A stretch of 36,271 nucleotides of DNA from an uncultured Thermoanaerobaculia bacterium (lineage in GTDB: Bacteria > Acidobacteriota > Thermoanaerobaculia > Multivoradales > DATKCC01), in NCBI GenBank assembly GCA_964539125.1, contig CAZIIB010000002.1:1-36271 (forward strand). The letters run 5' to 3'. The notes below the pieces were generated by a model. The model was given only the letters and a program-made list of their open reading frames with translations, searched no databases and was not told the origin of the DNA. The position numbers were made by a program, and so were the translations under genes. Of the stretch, positions 24,029-32,875 are shown piece after piece. Each line of letters opens with the position of its first letter. Positions within the stretch are counted from its first letter, which is position 1.

Positions 24029-27000
24029 ATGAGCACGGGCAAGACCGAGAATCCCATCGAGAGCATCGCGATCGTCGGCATGAGCGGGAGGTTCCCCGGA
24101 GCGGCGGACGTCGACGAGTTTTGGCAGAACCTCCAGGCCGGCAAGGAGTCGATCGAGATGCTCTCGGACGACGAGCTGCGGAGCCAGGGCATCCCCGACT
24201 CGGTGCTCGCCAAGCCCAACTACGTCAAGGCGCGCTCCGCGGTCGACGGCATGGAGCTGTTCGACGCCTCCTTCTTCGGCTTCAACCCGAACGAAGCGAG
24301 GATTCTCGATCCCCAGCACCGCCTGTTCCTGGAGTGCGCCTGGGCGGCGCTGGAGAACGCGGGGTACGACGTCGAGACCTACCCCGGCACGGTCGGGGTG
24401 TTCGGCTGCGCCAGCTCCAGCAACTACTTCCTCTACAACCTCTTCCCGAACCGTGAGGTGAGGGACCTGGTGGGGGCCTTTCAGCTCGCCATCGGAAACG
24501 ACCGGGAGTTCCTGCCCACCCGGGTCTCCTACAAGCTGAACCTGAAGGGCCCGAGCGTCAACGTCCAGACCGCCTGCTCGAGCTCGCTGGTGGCGGTCCA
24601 TCTGGCTTGCCAGAGCCTGCTCAACTATCAGAGCGACATGTGCCTGGCCGGCGGGGTCTCCATCCGGAGCGCCGTCGGCGGCTACTACTTCACCGAGGGG
24701 GGCATCCTGTCGCCCGACGGTCACTGCCGAGCCTTCGACGCGCGGGCCCACGGGACCATCTTCGGCAGCGGTCTGGGAATCGTCGTCCTCAAGCGTCTGC
24801 GCGACGCCCTCGATGACGGGGACGAGATCTACGCGGTGATCCGGGGCTCCGCGGTGAACAACGACGGCTCGGACAAGGTGGGCTACACGGCTCCGGGAGT
24901 CGAGGGCCAGACCCGCGTCATCGCCGAGGCGCAGGCCATCGCCGGCGTCGACCCGGACACGATCGACTACGTGGAGGCCCACGGCACGGCCACGGCGCTG
25001 GGCGACCCGATCGAGGTGGCGGCCCTCACCCAGGTGTTCCACCGCGGCACGTCGCGGCGGAACTATTGCGGGATCGGCTCGGTCAAGAGCAACGTCGGGC
25101 ACCTCGACGCCGCGGCCGGCGTCACCGGCCTGATCAAGACGGCGCTCATGGTCAAGCACGGAAAGCAGGTGCCGAGCCTCCATTACCGGGAGCCGAACCC
25201 CCAGATCGACTTCGCGAGCAGCCCGTTCTTCGTCGGCACCGAGCTCCGCGACTGGCAGGTCGAGAAGAGACCACGGCGGGCCGGTGTGAGCTCCTTCGGG
25301 ATCGGCGGCACCAACGCCCACCTCATCCTGGAGAGCGTCGCCCCCCGGGAGGCCGCGACTCCGTCGGTCGCGCCGCATCTGCTCTTCCTCTCGGCGCGCA
25401 CCGCCAGCGCCCTCGAAACCGCCACGGCGAATCTCGCCCAGCACCTGAAGCTCCACCCGGAGGTCGATCTCGGCGACGTCGCCCACACCCTGCACGTCGG
25501 CCGCGCCGCTTTCGACCACCGCCGGATGCTGGTCTGCACCGACGTCGACGACGCCGTCACGGCTCTGGAGACGGCTAGCCCCCGGCGCCTGAGGACCGCC
25601 GTCCACGAGCCCGCGCCGCGCAACGTGGTCTTCATGTTCCCGGGCCAGGGCGCCCAGTACCCGGGGATGGGCGCCGGCCTGTACGACGGCGAGCCGGTCT
25701 TCCGCCGTCACCTGGACGCCTGCCTCGAGGTGCTGGAGGCGCGTGCCGAGCTCGACCTGCGCCCGGTTCTCTATCCCGCCGGCGAGCCGTCGGAAGAGGA
25801 GAAGGCCACGCTCTCCGAGACGGGGTTCGCCCAGCCGGCGCTCTTCGCGGTGGAGTACGCGCTGGCCAGGCTCTGGATGGAGTGGGGAGTCTCTCCGGAG
25901 GCGCTGATCGGCCACAGCATCGGGGAGTACGTGGCGGCCTGCCTGGCGGGAGTCTTCTCCCTCGAGGACGCTCTGGCGCTGGTGGCGCGGCGGGGGCGCC
26001 TGATGCAGGACCTCCCCGGCGGTTCCATGCTGTCGGTCCCGCTGAGCGCCGAGGAGCTGTCGGGGCGCCTGGGAGAGGACCTGGCCCTCGCGGCGGTCAA
26101 CGGACCCTCGGTCTGCGCCGTGTCCGGGACCCCGGAGGCGATCGCCGGCCTGGAGGCCCGGCTCGCCGAGGAGCAGGTGGCCTTCCGGCGTCTCCACACC
26201 TCCCACGCCTTCCATTCCGCCATGATGGATCCCATCCTCGACGAGTTCACCGAGGCGGTGGAGGCGGTCGAGCGCCGGCCGCCGCAGATCCGCTTCCTGT
26301 CCAACGTCAGCGGTACCTGGATCACCGACGCCGAGGCGACCGATCCGCGCTACTGGGCCCGGCACCTGCGGGAGACCGTGCGGTTCTCGGACGGCGTGCG
26401 GGAGCTCCTGAAGGACCCGTCGCGGGTCTACCTGGAGGTCGGTCCGGGGCGGGCCCTCTCCGCCCTGACCCGGCAGCACCGCGAGGGACCGGCGACGAAG
26501 CTGGTGCTCTCGTCCTTGCGGCCGGCGAACGAGCTGCGCCCGGACGCCGAGGTGCTCCTCGACGCCCGGGGTCAGCTCTGGCTGGCCGGCGTCGAGGAGG
26601 CCCCCGGAACGCTCCATGCCGGCGAGGGCACCCGCCGGGTGCCGTTGCCGAGCTATCCCTTCGAGCGGCGGCGCTACTGGATCGAGGCGGGCGCCGCCAC
26701 GGAGGCGAAGGACGAGGCGCCGGCGGGCAGGATCCAGGACCTCTCCGACTGGTTCTTCCTACCCTCCTGGAAGCGCTCCACGCCCCTGGCGGTCGCCGAC
26801 GGGTCGAGCCCGGAAGCCTCCTGGCTGGTCTTCTCCGACGACTGCGGCCTGGGAGACGCCCTGGACGGGAGGCTCCGGGAAGCCGGAGAGGAGGTCTTCT
26901 CCGTCCGCGCCGGCACCGGCTACGGCGAGGCGAAGGACGGCACCTTCACCGTCGCCCCGGGGAGTCGCGCCGACTACGTCGACCTGCTTCGCGGACTCGA

Positions 27001-29704
27001 AGGCCGGCGCACCAAGCCCCTCAACGTGGTCCACCTGTGGAGCGTCACCGGTGAGGCGAAGAACGACCTGGGCGAGCTCGACGAGGTCCAGGGAGCGGGC
27101 TTCGACAGCCTGCTCTGCCTGGTGCAGGCCGTGGGCGAGGCGCTTCCGGACGAAGAGGTCCACCTGGGCGTGGTCTCCAACGATCTCCACGCGGTGCTGG
27201 ACGGAGACCGGCTCAGCCCGGCGAAGGCGACGCTGCTCGGCCCCGCCAGGATCGCGCCGGCGGAGTACCCCAACCTGAGCTGCAGCTCCATCGACGTGGT
27301 CCTGCCGGGCTCCGCCGAGGGTCTCGCCGATCTCGCCGGCTCCCTGGTGGCGGAGCTCGGGGCGCGGCGCCGCGAGCCGGTGGTGGCGTACCGCGGCGGC
27401 TACCGGTGGATCCAGACCTTCGACGCGGTCCGCCTCGAGGCCGGTGACGGGGAGGCGCGGCGGTTGCGAGATCGCGGCGTGTACCTGATCACCGGCGGTC
27501 TGGGAGGGGTCGGCCTGACCCTGGCGCGCCACCTGGCGGAAGCGGTGCGGGCGCGGCTCGTCCTGGTCTCGCGCTCGGCCCTGCCGGCGCGGGAGGAGTG
27601 GAAGGGGTGGCTGGAGTCGCATCCCGAGGCCGACGAGACGAGTCGGCGGATCCTGGAGATCCAGCGCCTGGAGGAGGCCGGCGCCGAGGTGTGGGTGGCG
27701 TCGGCCGACGTCGCGCACCGGGAAGAGATGGAAGAGGTGGTGCGGCGGGCGGTCGAGCGGTTCGGGGCGATCCACGGCGTCATCCACGCCGCCGGGCTGC
27801 CGGGGGGCGGCCTGATCCAGCTCAAGACTCGGGAGACGGCGGCCGAAGTCCTCGCGCCGAAGGTGCGGGGCAGCCTGGTGCTCGACTCGGTGCTCCGCGG
27901 CCGGGACCTGGACTTCTTCGTCCTCTGCTCCTCGCTGGCTTCGATCCTCGGCGGCGTCGGAAAGGTGGACTACTGCGGGGCCAACGCGTTCCTCGACGCC
28001 TTCGCGCACCTCCGGTCGGAGCGCGACGGCGGCGGACCCACCGTCTCCATCTGCTGGGACACCTGGGGGGAGGTGGGCATGGCCGTCAAGGCGGTGGAGG
28101 CCTTCGGCTCGCCGCACGCCGCCGGGAACGGGTCCGGCACCGGGCCGTCCGGAGCGTCCGTCCCGGCGCAGGCGGGCGAGGCGGCCGAGCATCCCCTCTT
28201 CGACCGCGTTCGGCGGAGCGGCGACGAGGAGGTCTACTCGACGGAGATGAGCGCCGACCGGCAGTGGGTGGTGGGCGAGCACCTGATCGGCGGCCGTCCG
28301 ACCCTCGTCGGGACCGCCTACCTGGAGATGGCCCGGGCGGCCTTCGAACGACGGGCTTCGGGCGCTCCGGTGCGCATCGAGGACGTGCTCTTCGTGTCGC
28401 CCTTGAGCCTGGAGGCCGAAGGGGCAAGGGAGGTGGAGACCGTCCTCCAGGAGAGCTCGGACGGCGTCTCGTTCGTCGTCCAGAGCCGGCCTCTGGGGGG
28501 CGGCGACGGCGCCCGGCCCTGGCAGGAGCACGCCCGCGGGCGGCTCGCCCCACTCTCCGCGGAGGCGGCGGAGGCGGTCGACCTGCAGAAGCTCCTGGCG
28601 CGCTGCGACTCGGAGGTCATCTCGCCGTCGCGCTCCGGCTCGGGTGGCTCCGAGCCGGCCGCGGACGCCAAGCCCGCGGAGATGAGCTTCGGTCCGCGCT
28701 GGAAGAGCCTCCAGAAGATCTACATCGGGGAGAACGAGGCGGTGGCTCTCCTGGAGCTCCCTGCCGAGTTCGCGGACGACCTGGGCGCCTTCGGTCTCCA
28801 CCCGGCGCTCCTCGATCTCGCAACCAGCTTCGCCATTGCGCGCCTGGGCGGCGGCGGCCTCTACCTGCCCTTCGCCTACCAGGCGGTGGACGTCCGCCGG
28901 CCCATGACCGGGCGCTCGTACAGCCACGTGAGATTCGCGGCGGACGGTTCCGGCGGCGCCAAGGAAGCGGTGACCCTCGACATCTCGGTGCTCGACGAGG
29001 AGGGCAACGTCCTGGTGGAGGTCGCCGGCTTCACCATGAAGCGGGTGAGCGAGAAGCTGCTCCAGGCGCTGGCGGCGCGGGGCGGCCGGGGCGTCGCGCC
29101 GGACGAGCATGAGCCCGCCGCACCGGCTGCGGCGAAGGGGCGATCGGTGCCGACTCTCCGGGACGCGATCCGCCCGCAGGAGGGGGTGGAAGCCTTCCGG
29201 CGCATCCTCTCCCGCGACGGCCTACGCCAGGTGATCGTCTCCACCCTGCCCTTCCGGCCTCGGGTGGAGAGGGCGCGCACCGCCAGCTCCGCCAAGCTCG
29301 TGGAGGAGATGGAGGAGCGCAGCCAGGCGGCTCCGCCGACCCACGCCCGGCCGAGCGTCAAGACCGAGCTGGTCGCGCCCCGCAACGAGCTGGAGGAGCA
29401 GATCGCGGCCATCTGGCAGCGGGTGCTGGGGATCGAGCAGATCGGCGTCAACGACGACTTCATCGAGCTCGGCGGGCACTCGCTGCTGGCGATCCAGATC
29501 ATGTCGCAGATGCGGGAGGCCTTCCAGGTCAACCTGCAGCCCGACACCATCCTGAACTCGCCCACGGTGGCCACCCTGGCCGAGGCGATCCTCCAGGCTC
29601 TCGCCGAGGCCGCGGACAGCGAGCTCATCGGAGAGCTCCTCGACGAAGTCGAAGGGCTGTCCGACGACGAGGCCGGCGCGATGTCGACCGCGGACACCGT
29701 TTGA
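24029..29704 (+). CDS. Type I PKS module with non-canonical order: KS-AT-KR-DH-T plus an acidic C-terminal docking tail
   Basis: 1891 aa, with GGAAGGTGAG upstream of ATG 24029. KS: QTACSSSLVAVH, EAHGTATALGDPIE, KSNVGHLDAAAG. AT: GHSIGEYVAA and SHAFHS. KR: GVYLITGGLGGVG..HAAG..GKVDYCGAN..SICWDTWGEVGMA. DH: HPLFDRV..WVVGEHLIGGRPTLVGTAYLEM..HPALLDLATS. T domain: FIELGGHSLLAIQI. Tail: ELIGELLDEVEGLSDDEAGAM. Confidence 0.95.
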   Translation: MSTGKTENPIESIAIVGMSGRFPGAADVDEFWQNLQAGKESIEMLSDDELRSQGIPDSVLAKPNYVKARSAVDGMELFDASFFGFNPNEARILDPQHRLFLECAWAALENAGYDVETYPGTVGVFGCASSSNYFLYNLFPNREVRDLVGAFQLAIGNDREFLPTRVSYKLNLKGPSVNVQTACSSSLVAVHLACQSLLNYQSDMCLAGGVSIRSAVGGYYFTEGGILSPDGHCRAFDARAHGTIFGSGLGIVVLKRLRDALDDGDEIYAVIRGSAVNNDGSDKVGYTAPGVEGQTRVIAEAQAIAGVDPDTIDYVEAHGTATALGDPIEVAALTQVFHRGTSRRNYCGIGSVKSNVGHLDAAAGVTGLIKTALMVKHGKQVPSLHYREPNPQIDFASSPFFVGTELRDWQVEKRPRRAGVSSFGIGGTNAHLILESVAPREAATPSVAPHLLFLSARTASALETATANLAQHLKLHPEVDLGDVAHTLHVGRAAFDHRRMLVCTDVDDAVTALETASPRRLRTAVHEPAPRNVVFMFPGQGAQYPGMGAGLYDGEPVFRRHLDACLEVLEARAELDLRPVLYPAGEPSEEEKATLSETGFAQPALFAVEYALARLWMEWGVSPEALIGHSIGEYVAACLAGVFSLEDALALVARRGRLMQDLPGGSMLSVPLSAEELSGRLGEDLALAAVNGPSVCAVSGTPEAIAGLEARLAEEQVAFRRLHTSHAFHSAMMDPILDEFTEAVEAVERRPPQIRFLSNVSGTWITDAEATDPRYWARHLRETVRFSDGVRELLKDPSRVYLEVGPGRALSALTRQHREGPATKLVLSSLRPANELRPDAEVLLDARGQLWLAGVEEAPGTLHAGEGTRRVPLPSYPFERRRYWIEAGAATEAKDEAPAGRIQDLSDWFFLPSWKRSTPLAVADGSSPEASWLVFSDDCGLGDALDGRLREAGEEVFSVRAGTGYGEAKDGTFTVAPGSRADYVDLLRGLEGRRTKPLNVVHLWSVTGEAKNDLGELDEVQGAGFDSLLCLVQAVGEALPDEEVHLGVVSNDLHAVLDGDRLSPAKATLLGPARIAPAEYPNLSCSSIDVVLPGSAEGLADLAGSLVAELGARRREPVVAYRGGYRWIQTFDAVRLEAGDGEARRLRDRGVYLITGGLGGVGLTLARHLAEAVRARLVLVSRSALPAREEWKGWLESHPEADETSRRILEIQRLEEAGAEVWVASADVAHREEMEEVVRRAVERFGAIHGVIHAAGLPGGGLIQLKTRETAAEVLAPKVRGSLVLDSVLRGRDLDFFVLCSSLASILGGVGKVDYCGANAFLDAFAHLRSERDGGGPTVSICWDTWGEVGMAVKAVEAFGSPHAAGNGSGTGPSGASVPAQAGEAAEHPLFDRVRRSGDEEVYSTEMSADRQWVVGEHLIGGRPTLVGTAYLEMARAAFERRASGAPVRIEDVLFVSPLSLEAEGAREVETVLQESSDGVSFVVQSRPLGGGDGARPWQEHARGRLAPLSAEAAEAVDLQKLLARCDSEVISPSRSGSGGSEPAADAKPAEMSFGPRWKSLQKIYIGENEAVALLELPAEFADDLGAFGLHPALLDLATSFAIARLGGGGLYLPFAYQAVDVRRPMTGRSYSHVRFAADGSGGAKEAVTLDISVLDEEGNVLVEVAGFTMKRVSEKLLQALAARGGRGVAPDEHEPAAPAAAKGRSVPTLRDAIRPQEGVEAFRRILSRDGLRQVIVSTLPFRPRVERARTASSAKLVEEMEERSQAAPPTHARPSVKTELVAPRNELEEQIAAIWQRVLGIEQIGVNDDFIELGGHSLLAIQIMSQMREAFQVNLQPDTILNSPTVATLAEAILQALAEAADSELIGELLDEVEGLSDDEAGAMSTADTV
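24059..25333 (+). other. KS domain
   Basis: aa ~11-435, triad intact. Confidence 0.9.
25619..26584 (+). other. AT domain, malonyl-CoA-type motifs
   Basis: aa ~531-852, with FPGQGAQY, ETGFAQPALFA, GHSIGE and HAFH. Confidence 0.85.
26741..28063 (+). other. KR domain
   Basis: aa ~905-1345. WFFLPSW..NVVHLWSV structural part, then GGLGGVGLTLARHLA, then CSSLASILGGVGKVDYCGAN. Confidence 0.85.
28184..29053 (+). other. PKS-type dehydratase (double hot-dog) domain located downstream of the KR
   Basis: aa ~1386-1675. HPLF start. Catalytic His in EHLIGGRPTLVGTAYLE (His codon at nt 28280-28282; the usual Pro of HxxxGxxxxP is Val). The second motif, LHPALLDLATS, has Ser where Q/H is usual. Confidence 0.7.
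29366..29593 (+). other. Carrier (T) domain, PCP-like
   Basis: aa ~1780-1855: LVAPRNELEEQIAAIWQRVLGIEQIGVNDDFIELGGHSLLAIQ. Confidence 0.85.
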
Positions 29705-29742
29705 TTCACCGAGACCCTGCCGACGGAAACGGGAGACGACCG

Positions 29743-30897
29743 ATGACCAACATCGCCGAACGTATCGCCAACCTGCCGCCGGAGAAGCGCACTCTTCTCC
29801 TGGAGCGGCTGCGCCGCCAGGGGGTCGTCAAGGGGAGTGGGGAGGCGGCGCCTGCGCCCGACCCCACCCGGAGGCCGTTCGATCCGGAACGGGACGGGAA
29901 CTTCCATCTCGAGGTCACCCAGCCGGGAGTCCTCGAGAGTCTGCGGCCGCGGGTCTGCCCGCGCCGGACCGTGGGTCCCGGACAGGTGCTGATCGAGGTC
30001 TCGGCGGCGAGCATGAACTTCCGGGACGTGCTGATCGCCCTGGGGATGTACCCGACGCCACCCGGGATCAAACCGGTGATGGGGAGCGACTGCGCCGGCA
30101 CCATCGTCGCGCTGGGCGAGGGCGTCGAAGGGCTGCGCGAGGGCGACGAGGTCCTGGCCCTGACCTCGGACAGCCTCAGCGCCATCGCCGCCGCCTCGGC
30201 GGTGACGGTGGCGAAGAAGCCGGCCGCGATGACCTTCCAGGAGGCGGCATCGATCCCCACGGTCTTCCTGACGGTCTACTATTCCCTCCAGGTCCTCGCC
30301 CGCCTGGCGCAAGGAGAGCGTCTCCTGGTGCACTCGGCGGCCGGCGGCGTGGGACTGACCGCGCTGCAGCACGCCCGCTGGCGTGAGGCCGAGGTCTTCG
30401 CCACCGTCGGCACCCAGGAAAAGCGGGACCTCCTCCGCTCCATGGGGGTGGAGCACATCATGAACTCCCGGTCCCTCGACTTCGCCGACGAGATCCTGGA
30501 GATGACCGGCGGCGAAGGCGTGGACGTCGTGCTGAACTCCCTGGCGGGGGAGGCGATCCCCCGGGGCATCGGGCTCCTGCGGCCCCTCGGCCGGTTCATC
30601 GAGCTGGGCAAGCGCGACATCTACGAGGACAAGAAGATCGGTCTGCGGCCGTTCCACAAGGGCCTGTCCTTCTTCGCCATCGAGCTGAGCCCCCTGGCCG
30701 CCAAGAGGCCCGAGCTGTTCCGTTCCCTCTGGCGCGAGGTCCTGGACCTCTTCGCCGAGGGTGTCTTCACGCCTCTGCCCAGCACCGTCTACTCCATCAA
30801 CGACGCCGCGGACGCCTTCAAGTTCATGTCCCAGGGGATCCACATCGGCAAGATCGTCATCGACATGAAGCCCGGCGAGGTCCTCGTGGAGGCCTGA
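29743..30897 (+). CDS. Stand-alone PKS-type enoylreductase (MDR superfamily) with an N-terminal docking-like helix
   Basis: Preferred start is ATG 29743, with GGGAGA 7 nt upstream. The listed TTG at 29701 overlaps the PKS stop and adds 14 poorly coding-looking residues. ER motifs: PGQVLIEVSAASMNFRDVLIALGMYP, GSDCAGTIVALGEGV, and the NADPH-binding LLVHSAAGGVGLTALQ. The N terminus is MTNIAERIANLPPEKRTLLLERLRRQG. Confidence 0.85.
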   Translation: MTNIAERIANLPPEKRTLLLERLRRQGVVKGSGEAAPAPDPTRRPFDPERDGNFHLEVTQPGVLESLRPRVCPRRTVGPGQVLIEVSAASMNFRDVLIALGMYPTPPGIKPVMGSDCAGTIVALGEGVEGLREGDEVLALTSDSLSAIAAASAVTVAKKPAAMTFQEAASIPTVFLTVYYSLQVLARLAQGERLLVHSAAGGVGLTALQHARWREAEVFATVGTQEKRDLLRSMGVEHIMNSRSLDFADEILEMTGGEGVDVVLNSLAGEAIPRGIGLLRPLGRFIELGKRDIYEDKKIGLRPFHKGLSFFAIELSPLAAKRPELFRSLWREVLDLFAEGVFTPLPSTVYSINDAADAFKFMSQGIHIGKIVIDMKPGEVLVEA

Positions 30898-30918
30898 GGC
30901 GAGCACCGGAGCTACGCC

Positions 30919-31419
30919 ATGAGCGACCGCATCGAGAGCGTCTTCATCGGCACGGCCGGGCTCGCGTTGGCGGCGTTCGTCGCCCTCTACCTGGCGATCG
31001 CGCGGAGCGCGGCGGCCTCCGAGCCGGCGGCCCGCGATCGCCTCGTGCGACTGGTCGCCCTCGCCATCGCGGTAGAGGCCCTGCACTTCGTCGAAGAGCT
31101 GACGACCGGCTTCCAGCGCCAGTTTCCCCACTTCCTGGGGCTCACCGACTGGACGACCGGCTTCTTCGTCACCTTCAACGTCGCGTGGTTCCTCGTCTGG
31201 ATCGTGTCCGCGTTCGCTCTGCGGCCGAACTACGCCTGGGCCTATTTCCCGATCTGGTTCCTGGGGATCGGGATGCTGGTCAACGGCATCGTCCATCCGT
31301 TCCTGGCGCTGGCGAGCGGGCGGTACTTCCCGGGCCTCCTGACCTCCCCCTTCGCCGGGGTGCTGGGAGCGATCCTCCTGCGGCGGCTGTGGGTGCTGAC
31401 CCAGGCCCGGTGGTGGTAG
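30919..31419 (+). CDS. HXXEE-domain integral membrane protein (function unknown)
   Basis: 166 aa with about four hydrophobic spans. Signature H-F-V-E-E within EALHFVEELTTGF. GGAG lies 7 nt upstream of the ATG. Confidence 0.7.
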   Translation: MSDRIESVFIGTAGLALAAFVALYLAIARSAAASEPAARDRLVRLVALAIAVEALHFVEELTTGFQRQFPHFLGLTDWTTGFFVTFNVAWFLVWIVSAFALRPNYAWAYFPIWFLGIGMLVNGIVHPFLALASGRYFPGLLTSPFAGVLGAILLRRLWVLTQARWW

Positions 31420-31428
31420 GAGGGGCGC

Positions 31429-32835
31429 GTGCGCCGAGGCGACGGAGCGGAGGCGACGGCCCGGTCACCGTGGGGCCTCCTGGCAGATCGCGGGTCCCGG
31501 ACCTTCGTCTCGCTCTGGGCGGCCCAGGTCGTCTCCCAGCTCGGCTCGGGCCTCTCCGGCTTCGCCCTGGGCGTCTGGATCTACCAGGACACCGGCTCGG
31601 TGACGCAGTTCGCCGCCATGACGCTGTCGCTGATGCTTCCGGGCGTCCTCGCCACGCCGCTGGCCGGCATGTTCAGCGACCGGTGGGATCGCCGCCGAAC
31701 GGTCATCGTCTGTGAGGCGACCAGGTCCCTGGGCACGTTGGCCATCGCGGTCCTGCTCCTCACCGGGACGTTCAACCTGTGGAATCTCTGCCTGACGCTG
31801 GCCCTGAGCTCCACCTTCACCGCCTTCAAGGAGGTGGCGGCCAATGCCATGGTGGTGATGCTCATCCCGAAGGAGCAGTTCGGGCGGGCGAGCGGCCTGC
31901 TCCAGGCGGGGCGCCCCGCGACCCGCATCCTCTCGCCCATGATCGCGGCGGTCCTCCTGGTGTGGATCGGGATCGTGGGCGTCGTCCTCATCGACTTCGT
32001 CACCTTCCTGGCGCCCATCGCGGTCCTTCTGTTCGCCGACGTCCCGGCCCCCCCGGCGAGCGACGAGGGAGCGGTGGGAAAGGGATCCGCCTGGCGCGAG
32101 CTGATCACGGGCTGGACGTTCATCCGCAGCCGCCGAGGCGTCCTGGCTCTCCTCGGGTACTTCGCCATCCTCGATCTCACCATGGGTTTCGCCTACGCCC
32201 TCTATCGCCCGATGCTCCTGAGCTTCACCTCGGTGGAGGTGGTGGGCACCGTGAGCTCCGTGGGGGCGAGCGGGGTGCTCCTCGGCAGCATCGTCCTGGT
32301 GGCGTGGGGCGGGCCGCAGCGGCGGGTGCCGGCGATTCTCTTCTTCGGGGTGCTCTATGGCCTGGGGCTGATCGCCATCGGGCTGCGGCCCTCGGCGTGG
32401 CTCGTGGGGAGCGCGCTGTTCGTGCTGATCTTCGGCATCCCCTTGAGCCGGGGGTTCATCCGGATCATCTGGATGCGCAAGACCCCGGCGGATCTCCAGG
32501 GCCGCGTGTTCGCGGTCTGGACCGTCATCTCGCGTGTGACGCTCCTCCTCGCCTTCGCCCTGTCCGGGCCGCTTGCGGACCGGGTGTTCGAGCCGCTCCT
32601 CGTCGCGGGAGGCCCGCTGGCGGCGACGGTGGGACGGTGGATCGGCGTCGGGCCGGGCCGGGGCATGGGCCTCATGTACATCGGTCTCGGGGTGATCTCC
32701 CTGGTGGCGACCGGCCTCGCCTCCCTCCACCGCGGCCTGCGCCGACTGGAAGAGGATCTGCCCGACGCCATCGAGGATGCGGCCCCGCCGGACTCCGGCC
32801 TCCCGATCTCGGGGCGGGTGGCGACCCCCCAGTGA
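31429..32835 (+). CDS. MFS transporter (DHA3 / EntS / macrolide-efflux-like), probable exporter
   Basis: 468 aa with about 12 hydrophobic spans. N terminus FVSLWAAQVVSQLGSGLSGFALGVWIY..LAGMFSDRWDRRR is typical of this MFS subfamily. GTG 31429 is preceded by GGAGG with a 5-nt spacer. Confidence 0.85.
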   Translation: MRRGDGAEATARSPWGLLADRGSRTFVSLWAAQVVSQLGSGLSGFALGVWIYQDTGSVTQFAAMTLSLMLPGVLATPLAGMFSDRWDRRRTVIVCEATRSLGTLAIAVLLLTGTFNLWNLCLTLALSSTFTAFKEVAANAMVVMLIPKEQFGRASGLLQAGRPATRILSPMIAAVLLVWIGIVGVVLIDFVTFLAPIAVLLFADVPAPPASDEGAVGKGSAWRELITGWTFIRSRRGVLALLGYFAILDLTMGFAYALYRPMLLSFTSVEVVGTVSSVGASGVLLGSIVLVAWGGPQRRVPAILFFGVLYGLGLIAIGLRPSAWLVGSALFVLIFGIPLSRGFIRIIWMRKTPADLQGRVFAVWTVISRVTLLLAFALSGPLADRVFEPLLVAGGPLAATVGRWIGVGPGRGMGLMYIGLGVISLVATGLASLHRGLRRLEEDLPDAIEDAAPPDSGLPISGRVATPQ

Positions 32836-32875
32836 CCCGGGCGGTCCGCGATCGGCGGAGATCGGGCGTGGCGTG

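Noticed and set aside
29701-29742. TTG start for the enoylreductase, overlapping the PKS stop
   Set aside because: The 14 extra residues (MIHRDPADGNGRRP) look non-coding. ATG 29743 has a GGGAGA Shine-Dalgarno sequence at a proper distance and starts directly with the docking-like helix.
32777-32875. Upstream start for the sulfotransferase ORF, overlapping the MFS 3' end
   Set aside because: The added 33 residues are Arg/Pro/Gly-rich, and the stretch overlaps 59 nt of the well-supported MFS gene. ATG 32876 gives a normal-length protein that begins just before the PAPS loop.
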